From positions 370,689 through 434,688 of the IMG/VR virus record IMGVR_UViG_3300038463_000730: DNA of 64,000 nucleotides, one strand, 5' to 3'. Of the stretch, positions 16,025-25,724 are shown piece after piece (the first letter of the stretch is position 1; every line of letters starts with the position of its first letter). A program made the position numbers and the translations under genes. A model generated the notes under the pieces. The model was not told the DNA's origin and did not search any database. It was given only the letters and a program-made list of their open reading frames with translations.

Positions 16025-16714
16025 CTATTTCTTTTCCGCCTTACACGTATCACACCAGCAACCGCACCCAACGAGGCACGGTCCGGTATGAAGACACGCA
16101 TCCGTTACATTGTTCCCGCCACGTTTTTGATTGACGTAGCCTCTGAACGTCAGAGATATCCGCTCGCCACATTGAAAGCTGGCCTTCGGAATACGATGCT
16201 CGAAACGATCCTGCATACCAGGCGCCATAAAGCAAGCGCTCCCATTACCGAGCTTCAGTCTCGTTTCGGACTGGTCTTCATAGACCGTCGCATCGAATTG
16301 CTTCTTCGGCCTGAAACAAATCTCGCGCTCAACGCCCAAGCTCACCGTAACGATCGGGCGAGCGTCGTCCATCTCGGGTGAGTCGTCCGCATGCCACCCA
16401 AGGTGGTCAGATTGGTTCAGGTAGCGATTGAGGAAGCACACCTCGAACTTCGGAACGATGTTCGGGTACAACGTCGGAGCAAGCTTCTCCAACTCCAAAC
16501 GAATCGCCAGGATGGCCGGGATCATCGGGCGCGGAAGATACTCCCGGACACCACGACCTCGACCATAGACATACGGATTGGGAAAGTCGTTGCAATAGTA
16601 TTCGCAACGCGGGGCATCGCTACGACGCTCCCATTCCAACCCATTCTGCAAAGCCTCCAAGGTCCGATCCGGATCTTGAACGAAGTTGGGTATGTATTGC
16701 GTCGGTGCTTTCAT
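16025..16714 (-). CDS. AlkB-like 2OG-Fe(II) dioxygenase
   Basis: NRY..GWHADD, IVTVSLG, EHRIPK, RISLTFR. Confidence 0.9.
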   Translation of the reverse strand: MKAPTQYIPNFVQDPDRTLEALQNGLEWERRSDAPRCEYYCNDFPNPYVYGRGRGVREYLPRPMIPAILAIRLELEKLAPTLYPNIVPKFEVCFLNRYLNQSDHLGWHADDSPEMDDARPIVTVSLGVEREICFRPKKQFDATVYEDQSETRLKLGNGSACFMAPGMQDRFEHRIPKASFQCGERISLTFRGYVNQKRGGNNVTDACLHTGPCLVGCGCWCDTCKAEKK

Positions 16715-16726
16715 TGGAACTACTTG

Positions 16727-16799
16727 TGGGCCCGGCCGGACTTGAACCGGCGACCTACGGATTAAAAGTCCGCAGCTCTACCAACTGAGCTACGGGCCC
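16727..16799 (-). tRNA. tRNA-Lys(UUU)
   Basis: Canonical cloverleaf GCGGA-CT-TTT-AA-TCCGT. Confidence 0.95.
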
Positions 16800-16863
16800 G
16801 GATTGAAACGTCGCGTCAAGCACTCTCCTTTTAGCACGGCTAGAACGAAACTCAAGAGTTCTT

Positions 16864-17262
16864 TCACCCCGTATCGGCAATCATCCGGGCATTCCGGAGG
16901 TTCGTGAAAATCAGCCCGATCGAATGGTCAGCCTGATCCTGTTGGCCCTCGACGTACCGCTCCAACGCTTTGCAGAGGAAGTAGAGCGTTCGAAAGTAAT
17001 TCACACCGTACGTTGGCATGTTGGAATCGCCATCCTTCAGAATGTATTCCGTTACCATTCTGGTTGCATATTCCAATTCTTTGTGCAGGAAAACCCAAAT
17101 GATCCGGTAATTCCCATCGACAGATAGCCTGGTGGCTTTCAATGCCTTGCGGAAACCTGAGCCTATCATGGTTGGATTCCGAACTCCCGATGGTTCGGGT
17201 AGCCCTCGGAAATGTTCATAGTAGGTCTGTAACGTTAATAGGAATTCCATATGACCGTCCAT
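16864..17262 (-). CDS. Hypothetical protein
   Basis: ORF; start uncertain. Confidence 0.5.
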   Translation of the reverse strand: MDGHMEFLLTLQTYYEHFRGLPEPSGVRNPTMIGSGFRKALKATRLSVDGNYRIIWVFLHKELEYATRMVTEYILKDGDSNMPTYGVNYFRTLYFLCKALERYVEGQQDQADHSIGLIFTNLRNARMIADTG

Positions 17263-17452
17263 GGATTTTCATCGCCTCCTCGAAGCCAAGGCAGAACTGT
17301 CTGCGTTCCTGCAATGTACTGAACTGAAAGTATTCGTGGTCATACAGGACCGACATCTTCTCACCGAGCCCAGGCAGAAGGAGCCACCGAATGAATTCTT
17401 TTGGGTCGTCGGTTTCGAAAACAAACACAGGATGGGGCAAGAGACACTTCAA
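17216..17452 (-). CDS. Hypothetical protein (paralog of 59617..59931)
   Basis: FSTLQERRQFCLGF. Confidence 0.55.
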   Translation of the reverse strand: MKCLLPHPVFVFETDDPKEFIRWLLLPGLGEKMSVLYDHEYFQFSTLQERRQFCLGFEEAMKIHGRSYGIPINVTDLL

Positions 17453-17472
17453 GTAAACAGTAAAAACCCTGC

Positions 17473-17790
17473 CTACTCCATAAGAGCGAGCCTTTGTTTC
17501 CGTTCGGAGTGTAAGAACCGAAGTAATTTGTCTGCCTCTTGGGAAACTCTACGGGCTACTTCGATGAGTTTAATATCCCCGGATAAGCGCGCAGAGTGTT
17601 CAAAGCCATCCATAAAGTCGGTGATGCGTGCAACTGTATCGACTGCATCCTTCAGAGTAATGATCAGCTTGATTCGAAGATATAGCCCATTGAAGCAGTC
17701 ATTTAAGCAGCGATCAGCAAAGTCCGCAAGGGCTATCTTCCAACCTGTGTCTTTCTCATCGACCGCTGGTTTATTGTCTTCATTTGTCAT
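17473..17790 (-). CDS. Hypothetical protein
   Basis: ORF. Confidence 0.6.
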   Translation of the reverse strand: MTNEDNKPAVDEKDTGWKIALADFADRCLNDCFNGLYLRIKLIITLKDAVDTVARITDFMDGFEHSARLSGDIKLIEVARRVSQEADKLLRFLHSERKQRLALME

Positions 17791-18127
17791 TCTTTTCCTT
17801 TAGCTTTTCTTCAGCAAGCTTTAGTTTTTCATCCAAATCGTGGAGCTTGAGACTGGCTGCATTCAACAGCCATTGGAGCTGATCTGCGTATTCTTCCTTT
17901 AAATCGAAATCAATCATGTCCCAATCTCTAAAGAGATCCGGTATCTCACGAGCTGTCTTGGTCAGCCCGTTAATGAATTGATCACGTGTTAGATTGCCAA
18001 CGTAATATTCTGGCTTCTCCTCGGCCAAAAGATTTGACAATGGAATTGGCACGCTAGACGGGATTGAATCCAGCACTTCTTGCACCGATTCCTCGTCAAC
18101 CTGTTGAGGTTTACGCTTTGCTTTCAT
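17780..18127 (-). CDS. Hypothetical protein
   Basis: ORF. Confidence 0.6.
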   Translation of the reverse strand: MKAKRKPQQVDEESVQEVLDSIPSSVPIPLSNLLAEEKPEYYVGNLTRDQFINGLTKTAREIPDLFRDWDMIDFDLKEEYADQLQWLLNAASLKLHDLDEKLKLAEEKLKEKNDK

Positions 18128-18548
18128 CTTTTTCCTTTAGAACGGTGAGAAACTCGTGGTCATCCCACGCTCGTTCGATCGTATGGAGAAGCCGCTCGAC
18201 ACGAGGGCGATCAGTAATCGCGATGACTTGGTCACCAATATTAATGTAAACACCGTCTTGATCAGCTTGGATACTAATGTCAGAGGGTTCCTCCTCTGCA
18301 TACTCGATGTAGGGCCGATTCATAATCTCCGAATCGGTTCGGAGCCATCCTTCCGACTTGGCCGGGCGAACTGTCGGAGCTATCGTCTCGGGTCCATTCG
18401 TCTCACTTTCACTCTCCGGGCTCTTGGTTAGGACTTGAGCCGTGACTGACTTAATGAATACAGAAGGACGACCGGCTGTCGTCTCATCACTAACAGGTTC
18501 TTGTCCGGGAACGGGAGTATCGAAAGAATCGAAAGGATCAGGAGCCAT
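18111..18548 (-). CDS. Acidic hypothetical protein
   Basis: Start reassigned to ATG 18548. Confidence 0.55.
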   Translation of the reverse strand: MAPDPFDSFDTPVPGQEPVSDETTAGRPSVFIKSVTAQVLTKSPESESETNGPETIAPTVRPAKSEGWLRTDSEIMNRPYIEYAEEEPSDISIQADQDGVYINIGDQVIAITDRPRVERLLHTIERAWDDHEFLTVLKEKDESKA

Positions 18549-18873
18549 TAGTGGCCGTAACTGGCCAAGGATTCGGATCTCGGGCCTGCCCTTCGTTGTC
18601 CCAAGCCTCGAACTCCTGGAGCAACTGACGAAGCTTCGGAACATCTTCGCGCTTCATGATCGCGTTGTCCCAATGACCGTAGCTCGATTTGTAACCTAGA
18701 ACATACTTGATCGCAGTCCAGCACCGTTTGAAGAATCTATCGTAGGTATTAAGATAAACCTCGACCGAAACCTCGTTATCCCGCCAATCTTTGGCCTTCA
18801 TGAAGACGTAACGGTAGGTATGCTCCGGGCTATGGCAGCTGCACTCAATGTACTCAGTCTGAAGATCCTTCAT
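18538..18873 (-). CDS. Hypothetical protein
   Basis: MKDLQTEYIECSC..; start reassigned. Confidence 0.6.
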   Translation of the reverse strand: MKDLQTEYIECSCHSPEHTYRYVFMKAKDWRDNEVSVEVYLNTYDRFFKRCWTAIKYVLGYKSSYGHWDNAIMKREDVPKLRQLLQEFEAWDNEGQARDPNPWPVTATNGS

Positions 18874-18987
18874 GTTGTTTCCCGCCAGTAAGGTAATTCG
18901 CAAGCAAGATGAGACAGTACACGGCCGCCCCATCAATACATATCCAATATATCTGCTTGGATATGAACTCGGACCAAAAAGTCTCGA

Positions 18988-19266
18988 TCATCTCATCACT
19001 TCAGCCTTCCGGAGTCTCTCAATGAGACCAGTCTCCTCGACTCGACAAAGGCGTTCATGGATGATCTCCATCAACATCATCAGGTTATGCCCGAGACTAT
19101 TGCCTGAGTTGTCAAGATTCATCGAGCGAATCTGCTGAGCAATTGCATCGAACTGATTTTGTAATGCGCCAATCTGTTCGCATTGGCGAGTCCTGTATCC
19201 GGTGTAAACTGGTGAAAAGTAATATCCATTCTGGTAGTTCATAAAGCAAAACGACAAGCCCACCAA
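18988..19266 (-). CDS. Hypothetical protein
   Basis: ORF. Confidence 0.45.
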   Translation of the reverse strand: MVGLSFCFMNYQNGYYFSPVYTGYRTRQCEQIGALQNQFDAIAQQIRSMNLDNSGNSLGHNLMMLMEIIHERLCRVEETGLIERLRKAEVMR

Positions 19267-19304
19267 GGACTTGTCGTCAAACGCGAACTGAATTGTTATC
19301 CGGG

Positions 19305-19580
19305 CTAAACCGGATCTAACGACTTGCGAAACAAGTGACAGGCTTTAATGAATTCATCGTGCGGAGGGACGGTTGGCGTTGGCTCAACCTTGTCTGGCAA
19401 CAAGTCCCATAGCTCCGGGCGATACCAACAAAGCTGATGACCGGTTGCATCACGATCTGCTCGAATCGCTTCTCGAAGCCGGAGAACTGTTTCAATTAGG
19501 TCAGTCCTCGACATCTCCAAGACGTCCCGATCATTCGGGTCAGTAGCGAATTCTTCTTGGGTCAGCGGCGTCTCAGCCAT
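19305..19580 (-). CDS. Hypothetical protein
   Basis: HQLCWYRPELW motif; start reassigned. Confidence 0.6.
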   Translation of the reverse strand: MAETPLTQEEFATDPNDRDVLEMSRTDLIETVLRLREAIRADRDATGHQLCWYRPELWDLLPDKVEPTPTVPPHDEFIKACHLFRKSLDPV

Positions 19581-19789
19581 CGTTGGATCCTGTTGAGAGC
19601 TTTGGAGACAAAGTACGGAGTCAGAGAGCGGATAGTATGAAACCATCTACGCTTCGGTAAATAATAGAACGCCGGGTGAAGATGCCCAAACCCACCAGCG
19701 GCAGCCCACGCTTGGTTAACTGCGGCTTTCTCTGCTGGAGACGGAGGATACTTATCCCAGTCTCGATGCTGAGGTACGCTAGTAGCCAC
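19562..19789 (-). CDS. Hypothetical protein
   Basis: ORF. Confidence 0.45.
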   Translation of the reverse strand: MATSVPQHRDWDKYPPSPAEKAAVNQAWAAAGGFGHLHPAFYYLPKRRWFHTIRSLTPYFVSKALNRIQRWLRRR

Positions 19790-20111
19790 GACGTATGGCA
19801 GGCTTCTGCAACCGGCAACCGTTGTTCAGGCTCATACTCCTGGCACATTCGATTGCGACCGGGTTCGGGTTGCCCTTGAGGGCAATGGTACATGATACAT
19901 ACCCGTCACCATCGCTATCCAGGTCAACGCAATCGACGCCCTGGACATCGTAGTTCATCTTCTTGGCCCACTTGGCGGCTTCGCTCTCGGCCGTGTCGTG
20001 AGAGTTGAAAGCGAACTTGTAGATGCCGCCACCGATGATCAGTAGGACGACTCCTCCGATCGCCATGACGATCATCAACTCGATCAAAGTGAATGCGCGA
20101 CTATTCTTCAT
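19779..20111 (-). CDS. Type IV prepilin-like protein
   Basis: KNSRA/FTLIELMIVMAIGGVVLLII class III signal; four Cys; DLDSDGDG loop. Confidence 0.85.
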   Translation of the reverse strand: MKNSRAFTLIELMIVMAIGGVVLLIIGGGIYKFAFNSHDTAESEAAKWAKKMNYDVQGVDCVDLDSDGDGYVSCTIALKGNPNPVAIECARSMSLNNGCRLQKPAIRRGY

Positions 20112-20124
20112 AGCTAACTCCAGG

Positions 20125-20207
20125 TGGGAACGGAGGGACTTGAACCCTCACGCCAGTTACGGCAATTGATTTTGAGTCAATCGTGTCTGCCATTCCACCA
20201 CGTTCCC
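20125..20207 (-). tRNA. tRNA-Leu(CAA)
   Basis: Canonical type II cloverleaf ATTGA-CT-CAA-AA-TCAAT. Confidence 0.95.
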
Positions 20208-20237
20208 ATGCCGCTTGCGCGGCTCGTGCCCCGATCG

Positions 20238-21401
20238 TTACTCGACGCTCGTGATTACACCAGCGGCGACAGTTCGTCCACCCTCACGAACGGCGAACCG
20301 CACTCCAGGCTCCATCCCGACCGGCTTCTGTAGAAGCAACGTGACATCCGCGTTATCTCCTGGAGAGATCACGCTCTCGAAACCTTCGATGCTTCCCGTG
20401 ACATCGGTTGGCCCGAAAAAGAATTGAGGACGGTAACCCGCGCTGATTGCCGTGTGACGTCCGCCTTCCTTCGTCGGGATCATATACAGCTTCGCTTTAG
20501 CCTTGGTGTGAGGCTTGACGCTACCAGGCAGAATGATGATCTGTCCCTTCTCTACCTCATTGCGATCGACCCCGCGAAGTTTCAATCCGACATTTTCTCC
20601 GGCGCGCGCTTCCAATTGTGACTTGTGGAACATTTCGATTCCGGTCACGACAACCTCGCGCGGCTTCGAATCGACATCGACGAAGCCAATAATCTCGACC
20701 GTTGCGTTGACGGGCAACACACCGCGCTCGACCTTCCCGGTAACAACCGTTCCAATCCCTTTGATCGTGTGAACGCCTTCAATCGGCATCATGAACGGAG
20801 CATCATAGTTACGCACCGGATCGGTAATGTGAGTCTGCATTGCACCGAGTAACTCTTGGATGCAACCGCCATCCTCAGCCGGATTACGATAGGCCTTCAG
20901 TGCCGAACCTTTCACGACCGGCGAATCGGTATAGCCGTGCATCTTGAGGCAGTCGTTCACTTCCTCGATGACAAGTTCGAGCAACTCGGGGTCCGCCACG
21001 TCAACCTTGTTAACGAACACCACGATTTTCGAAACACCAACCTGTTTTGCCAACAGGATATGTTCCTTGGTCTGGTATTGTGTACCTTGAGAACCATCGA
21101 CCAACAGGATTGCGCCATCCATCTGCGCGGCTCCGGTGATCATGTTCTTGATGTAATCCGCGTGTCCGGGGCAATCGATATGCGCATAGTGACGCTTATC
21201 GGTCTCGTACTCGACGTGAGCGATCTGGATCGTAACGGTCTTCGAGTCATCTCGAACCGTTCCGCCCTTCGCGATATCCGCGTACTCTTTGCCCTTAGCA
21301 AGCTTCAACTGCTCCTGAACGGCCAGGATTGCCGCCGTGAGAGTTGTCTTACCATGATCAACGTGCCCAATCGTTCCAACATTCACATGTGTCTTTGACA
21401 T
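20238..21401 (-). CDS. tuf: Elongation factor Tu (divergent)
   Basis: GHVDHGKTT, DCPGHADYIKNMITGAAQMDG, NKVD, GSAL, GYRPQF. Confidence 0.97.
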   Translation of the reverse strand: MSKTHVNVGTIGHVDHGKTTLTAAILAVQEQLKLAKGKEYADIAKGGTVRDDSKTVTIQIAHVEYETDKRHYAHIDCPGHADYIKNMITGAAQMDGAILLVDGSQGTQYQTKEHILLAKQVGVSKIVVFVNKVDVADPELLELVIEEVNDCLKMHGYTDSPVVKGSALKAYRNPAEDGGCIQELLGAMQTHITDPVRNYDAPFMMPIEGVHTIKGIGTVVTGKVERGVLPVNATVEIIGFVDVDSKPREVVVTGIEMFHKSQLEARAGENVGLKLRGVDRNEVEKGQIIILPGSVKPHTKAKAKLYMIPTKEGGRHTAISAGYRPQFFFGPTDVTGSIEGFESVISPGDNADVTLLLQKPVGMEPGVRFAVREGGRTVAAGVITSVE

Positions 21402-21721
21402 GTTACCTTACTCGGGTTGCCAGCCCTTCACCACACTACGTTAGCCCCGCCAGACGAGTTCTGGCTCCAGAGGCGTGAACTTTTGTGTCATATTATTGAT
21501 AGACACTATCGACAAGTTCAATACTACGAAGTCTTTCCCCAGCGTTCGAGGTATTCCTTCAACTTGGCCACGGCGACTTGCCATGAACAAGCGACGCAAG
21601 CCAGGATGTAATCCAGCTTGCCAGTTCCGGTATCGCACCGGTCAACATCATCTTTGCAGCGAGGGCATCTCATATTCTGTCCTGGGCTTGGAGTTAGTAG
21701 CACCGTCGAATGTGGTACGGT

Positions 21722-21806
21722 TCACGCGGACAGGACTCGAACCTGCGATCCAGGACCCTGGAGGCGTAGTTTCATACGCTGTGTATAGCCACTCCACCAA
21801 CACGCT
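21722..21806 (-). tRNA. Type II (Ser-like) tRNA-like RNA, 6-nt loop UGAAAC, weak acceptor stem
   Basis: Good D and T arms, GCGTA/TACGC stem, variable arm TCCAG-GGTC-CTGGA; acceptor 5/7 paired. Confidence 0.55.
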
Positions 21807-21869
21807 GCCGAATGACGACGACGGTGCTAGGGGTCGGAATTGATCCACGACCCCCAGCTCGACATCGCA

Positions 21870-22082
21870 TTACCTTTGATTGAATCCACGACCCAATGGG
21901 GCAACCGTAATGGTTTTCTCACCGTCTTTGGTTCGCATCATCAAATCGAAGTGATCGGATAGCCCGATGATTTGATCGGAGTTGTAATCCCCAATCAATC
22001 CCTTCGGGGTATCCTGGTAGGGCAGGCCTTTAGCCTGGAAGTCCTTCCAGGCCTCGGGCCAAACGATCAGCGCGTACCTCAT
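21870..22082 (-). CDS. Hypothetical protein
   Basis: ATGA overlap with the nadE stop. Confidence 0.5.
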   Translation of the reverse strand: MRYALIVWPEAWKDFQAKGLPYQDTPKGLIGDYNSDQIIGLSDHFDLMMRTKDGEKTITVAPLGRGFNQR

Positions 22083-22978
22083 ACGTCTACGTAACCAAGA
22101 CCCAGCAACAAACCGGTATGAACCTGGCAGACCGGCATATTCGGGTTGTGCTTGTGGCGCGAGACCTTCTCCATCCGGTGCAACGTCTTCAGTACGTGTC
22201 GTTCCCGCTCGGAGTATGAGCCCCATTGTTCATGTTTCTCCGGATGGTTGTCGTGGAAGATCATGTTGGTCTTCACGTCTTCCTTGTCCGCCCACTCGAT
22301 CTCGTCGTACGTCAGCCCTAGTTCCTTCTCGTCCTCCTGGCCAGCATCGGCACCCCAGAGGTCCGCGCTCGGTTTGGCTCGGTAGATTGCGGTCGCGGCC
22401 GGACCCATCGATTTCTTGCCGCCATCGGTTGTGAGATGGTGGAACAACGAGTTGACTTCGCTCTTCCATAGATCGGCAATCGGTGCGATATCGACGCAAC
22501 CGTCACCAAACTTCTGGTAGTAGCGCGTAATATGATCCTCGCTTCGGTTGCCCGTGCCGAGGATGATCCCATTCAATGCATGAGCCATGAGTGACAGCGG
22601 CGGAGCCCGGAGACATGAGCGTAGTGCTCCGGCAACAGCTCGATCGTTCGTGTCCTTGGTTGCTAGGTTGTGTCGCCCGACTTGATCGTTGAACTGGCGC
22701 ATGACCGAAGCATGAGCATCGACTAGGTCGATCTTGATCATCTTAATCCCTTGCTCTTCGGCAAAGGCATTGGCCCGGTCGAACGCCGAGGGCGAACTAT
22801 GACAGGGAAGGTTGGCCCAGAGCGACGGGATGCCGGTCTGCTTGGCCAGGAGAGCTACTAGCGCCGAGTCGATTCCGCCCGACAAGCCTCCAACCCAAGC
22901 GGCAGCACCAGCCTTGGCTTGGTAGTCCGACATCCATGTCACGATATGACCGGCAACCATTTGATGATTCTTGATCAT
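22079..22978 (-). CDS. nadE: NH3-dependent NAD+ synthetase
   Basis: GLSGGIDS PP-loop, GTGNRSE, KFGDG..DIAPIADLWKSEV, PSADL, DEKELG. Confidence 0.93.
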   Translation of the reverse strand: MIKNHQMVAGHIVTWMSDYQAKAGAAAWVGGLSGGIDSALVALLAKQTGIPSLWANLPCHSSPSAFDRANAFAEEQGIKMIKIDLVDAHASVMRQFNDQVGRHNLATKDTNDRAVAGALRSCLRAPPLSLMAHALNGIILGTGNRSEDHITRYYQKFGDGCVDIAPIADLWKSEVNSLFHHLTTDGGKKSMGPAATAIYRAKPSADLWGADAGQEDEKELGLTYDEIEWADKEDVKTNMIFHDNHPEKHEQWGSYSERERHVLKTLHRMEKVSRHKHNPNMPVCQVHTGLLLGLGYVDV

Positions 22979-23052
22979 TGAATTGGCCTTTCACCAAGTG
23001 TAGATGCATGAATTGAAAATTCCAAACATTGACTGAAGAAGTGTACGACGGT

Positions 23053-23280
23053 TCATCCCTCTCCCTCCTTCTTGCCGCCCATTCCAAGTCGCTCAGCCTC
23101 GGCCGGATCCATTCGGAACGAGCCAGACGAAGCGTTTTTCTTCACCATCTTGTTGACCCGGCATACTTTGGCCAGGCCAGATTCGAACATTGCATTCTCG
23201 ATGCGCTTCTTGATTAGATCCTCCGGCTCATCGATCTCGGTCAATAGTTCGATCGTTGCAATCCAGATTTTGACAGACAT
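23053..23280 (-). CDS. Hypothetical protein
   Basis: ORF with SD. Confidence 0.55.
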   Translation of the reverse strand: MSVKIWIATIELLTEIDEPEDLIKKRIENAMFESGLAKVCRVNKMVKKNASSGSFRMDPAEAERLGMGGKKEGEG

Positions 23281-23290
23281 GGTAGCTCCT

Positions 23291-24286
23291 TCAGGCGCCT
23301 AACTTCTTTTGTGGACCGGTCTGTTCCATCTCTTCGAACTCCGACTCGCGGTCCATTACTCGCATGAATTGCTCAGGGTCCATGTTCGTAGCAATCTCGT
23401 CTCGAACTCGGACACGAGCCTTCTCCAATATGCTCGCAGACAACACTATCGAGCTATCCTCGCTAGCAACGCTCTTCACGATGCTTACCAGGTCACCCTT
23501 TGTATTGGCCGCGTCGATCTCGACAGCACCAACCTTTTTGGCTTCGAACGCTCTTATCTTGCAGTATTTGGCGCAGTCTCGGTAATTCTTCAGCTTACGA
23601 GAGTGCTCGGCTTCGTAATCTGAATTCGTATTGCTGGAAACGATCAGAGCAATGATGAACGTTACCAACACCGCAAGCCATCCCAGTCCTTCGAAAGACC
23701 AGCCTTTGGCTACGTGTAGAAAAGCCAGGATTGGAATGGAGGTAAGCCAAAGGCCGTACCAGATGATCTGTCTCACCTGATGCTCGATCTCGTAGCTCTC
23801 CTCTTCCTTATCTACGATGTCACTCGCGGCTCGGAACGAAGTCAATGCGGCGACTTCCAGCTCACGAACCATGTTTCGCGCTTGTTCCCGTTGCTTCGCG
23901 GTCGGGGCAGCTCCAGCGATCTCCTTCTCGATCTCTTTCCGGATCTCCGCACGCTTCTCTAGAGTGAATGCTTTTTCAGCTTCCTCCCTTGTCTTTCCAG
24001 TAATGAGTTCGCGGATCTCTTGCATGAGTCCAGGTCTGATCTCTTCATCGACCTTCTTCTTCATGTCTTCCGCTTCGAGGACGACGTCCTTTCGAACATC
24101 TTCACGATACCGATTAAGTATCATGTTGACGAAGTTGCAGTAGTCCTCTTTGGACAAACGAAACCTATCAGCCTCGGCAACCTCCGACACCTTCATGTCG
24201 TTGACGTTGAGGTACCCGAATGGATTCGTTCGACCGCGCGGATAATTGGCCATGTTCCGTTTCTTCCTCGCCTTTGCCCTCGGCAC
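23291..24286 (-). CDS. Coiled-coil membrane protein (2 TM)
   Basis: Charged helical N-terminus, two TM segments. Confidence 0.7.
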   Translation of the reverse strand: MPRAKARKKRNMANYPRGRTNPFGYLNVNDMKVSEVAEADRFRLSKEDYCNFVNMILNRYREDVRKDVVLEAEDMKKKVDEEIRPGLMQEIRELITGKTREEAEKAFTLEKRAEIRKEIEKEIAGAAPTAKQREQARNMVRELEVAALTSFRAASDIVDKEEESYEIEHQVRQIIWYGLWLTSIPILAFLHVAKGWSFEGLGWLAVLVTFIIALIVSSNTNSDYEAEHSRKLKNYRDCAKYCKIRAFEAKKVGAVEIDAANTKGDLVSIVKSVASEDSSIVLSASILEKARVRVRDEIATNMDPEQFMRVMDRESEFEEMEQTGPQKKLGA

Positions 24287-24443
24287 GGTTCTCAGAAATA
24301 CACTGAGGAAACCGAAAACGCCAGAGCCTTTAGCTCGGAATCGAGAACGGACCCGCTATTTATTTTCGTTCGCTTGAAAGCAGCATGGTTGAATCGTTAG
24401 ATCGAATCAGAGATCCTTACGGCTTCGTCCCAAAGTGGGTCCA

Positions 24444-25595
24444 TTACAGAACCTTGCAATGAGAAAGGATTGTTTCCTGATTCCCATTGGAATTCTTATG
24501 CTCTTTGATTCGAGCCATCATATGATAGCCTTTACCGAGTTCAAGCCTTGACGTTGTCTTCCAGATTCCAATGTTCCCGTTATCATCCCGGAGCCGATGA
24601 ACGAAGGTCATTCCCCAAGCACTTTCGCTGTCGAAGATTTTTTCGACGGTCAAGAAAAAGTCAGCACGTTCCCCAACGACTCCGAAAAACTTTGAGTTCG
24701 TTGCCGGTCCGGTAGGCTCGGACATCATCTCTTTGCGGAAAGAGTAGATGATTGACGCAGCGTAACCTAGCGTACGCCATTCGACGCAACCGCTAAGCGC
24801 GATCGTTCGGATGTTGTGGATGAACTCACTCGCATCATCCGGGAGCCCCTCGGCCCACGTGATGGCTCGTTCCGCCTCCTCCTTGGCCTCAGGAGATGGT
24901 TCCTTCCTCAACTCGGCCCGGGGCTCGTTCATCGCTCCAAAGGCTACGTCAGCCGTTGCCTGGCCACCCTCTTCGCGGGCCCGTTTCCTCGGTACCCAGC
25001 CATACTCTCGAATCATCTCGACAACGAAGGCCAGGTAGTATTCGAGAGGCCATATCGAAGGAGAACCACTGAGAGATGGTAACGATTCGTAAGCCAGGGC
25101 AATGTCAGTAATGTCGGTAATCAACTCGGCTTGCAGAATTACTTTCTCCGGTGTGGCTCCGAAGAACTCTTGCATACAGTTTCGGCCTACTTGAACGAAA
25201 CCATTCCTCGTCGAACCATTGTTACTGGTTGTATCCCGAAGAACAAACGTATCGATACGTTGTCTCTTGACCTGGCAATGATCGCAGTCCGGATCAACGT
25301 TCCGATAAAAGTTCGGCAGATCGATTCCAGAGTAGTTCTTGATAACCGTTCCCTCGGGCAAATGAACCAGCTTCGCAACTAGTAACCATTTCCCTTCGGT
25401 TATGTCGGGCCAGGAAACATGGAACTTCTGAAACCGTTCGACTGTTTTCCCACCATTGGAACGTTCTGCATAAGTGATTCCAGGTTTGACGGTCGGGAAA
25501 GCTAAGCCTTTCGACTCAGCTTTTTTCCGTAGCCGTTCTAATTTTTTTCGCAATGCGTCAAGGTTACGCTCGGGAATCAAAAACTCTTTATTCAT
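24444..25595 (-). CDS. Conserved phage protein with CxxC and probable C-terminal OB-fold
   Basis: CDHC..QVGRNC; C-terminal beta-rich domain. Confidence 0.65.
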   Translation of the reverse strand: MNKEFLIPERNLDALRKKLERLRKKAESKGLAFPTVKPGITYAERSNGGKTVERFQKFHVSWPDITEGKWLLVAKLVHLPEGTVIKNYSGIDLPNFYRNVDPDCDHCQVKRQRIDTFVLRDTTSNNGSTRNGFVQVGRNCMQEFFGATPEKVILQAELITDITDIALAYESLPSLSGSPSIWPLEYYLAFVVEMIREYGWVPRKRAREEGGQATADVAFGAMNEPRAELRKEPSPEAKEEAERAITWAEGLPDDASEFIHNIRTIALSGCVEWRTLGYAASIIYSFRKEMMSEPTGPATNSKFFGVVGERADFFLTVEKIFDSESAWGMTFVHRLRDDNGNIGIWKTTSRLELGKGYHMMARIKEHKNSNGNQETILSHCKVL

Positions 25596-25724
25596 GCTCC
25601 GGATCCTAGAAGAGAGCCTAAGCTCTCCAATCTAAAGGTCTCGGACCACTGTAACGCACCCCACGACTTTAGGCAAGTGGAGTCAATGAAAATGATTCAC
25701 CGCGTCAGTTTCAATGCGCAACTT

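Noticed and set aside
24300-24443. Hammerhead-like ribozyme (GGACGAAGC, GGACCC/GGGTCC)
   Set aside because: The CUGAUGA and GAAA cores are absent; it may be a 15-codon ORF or a plain leader.
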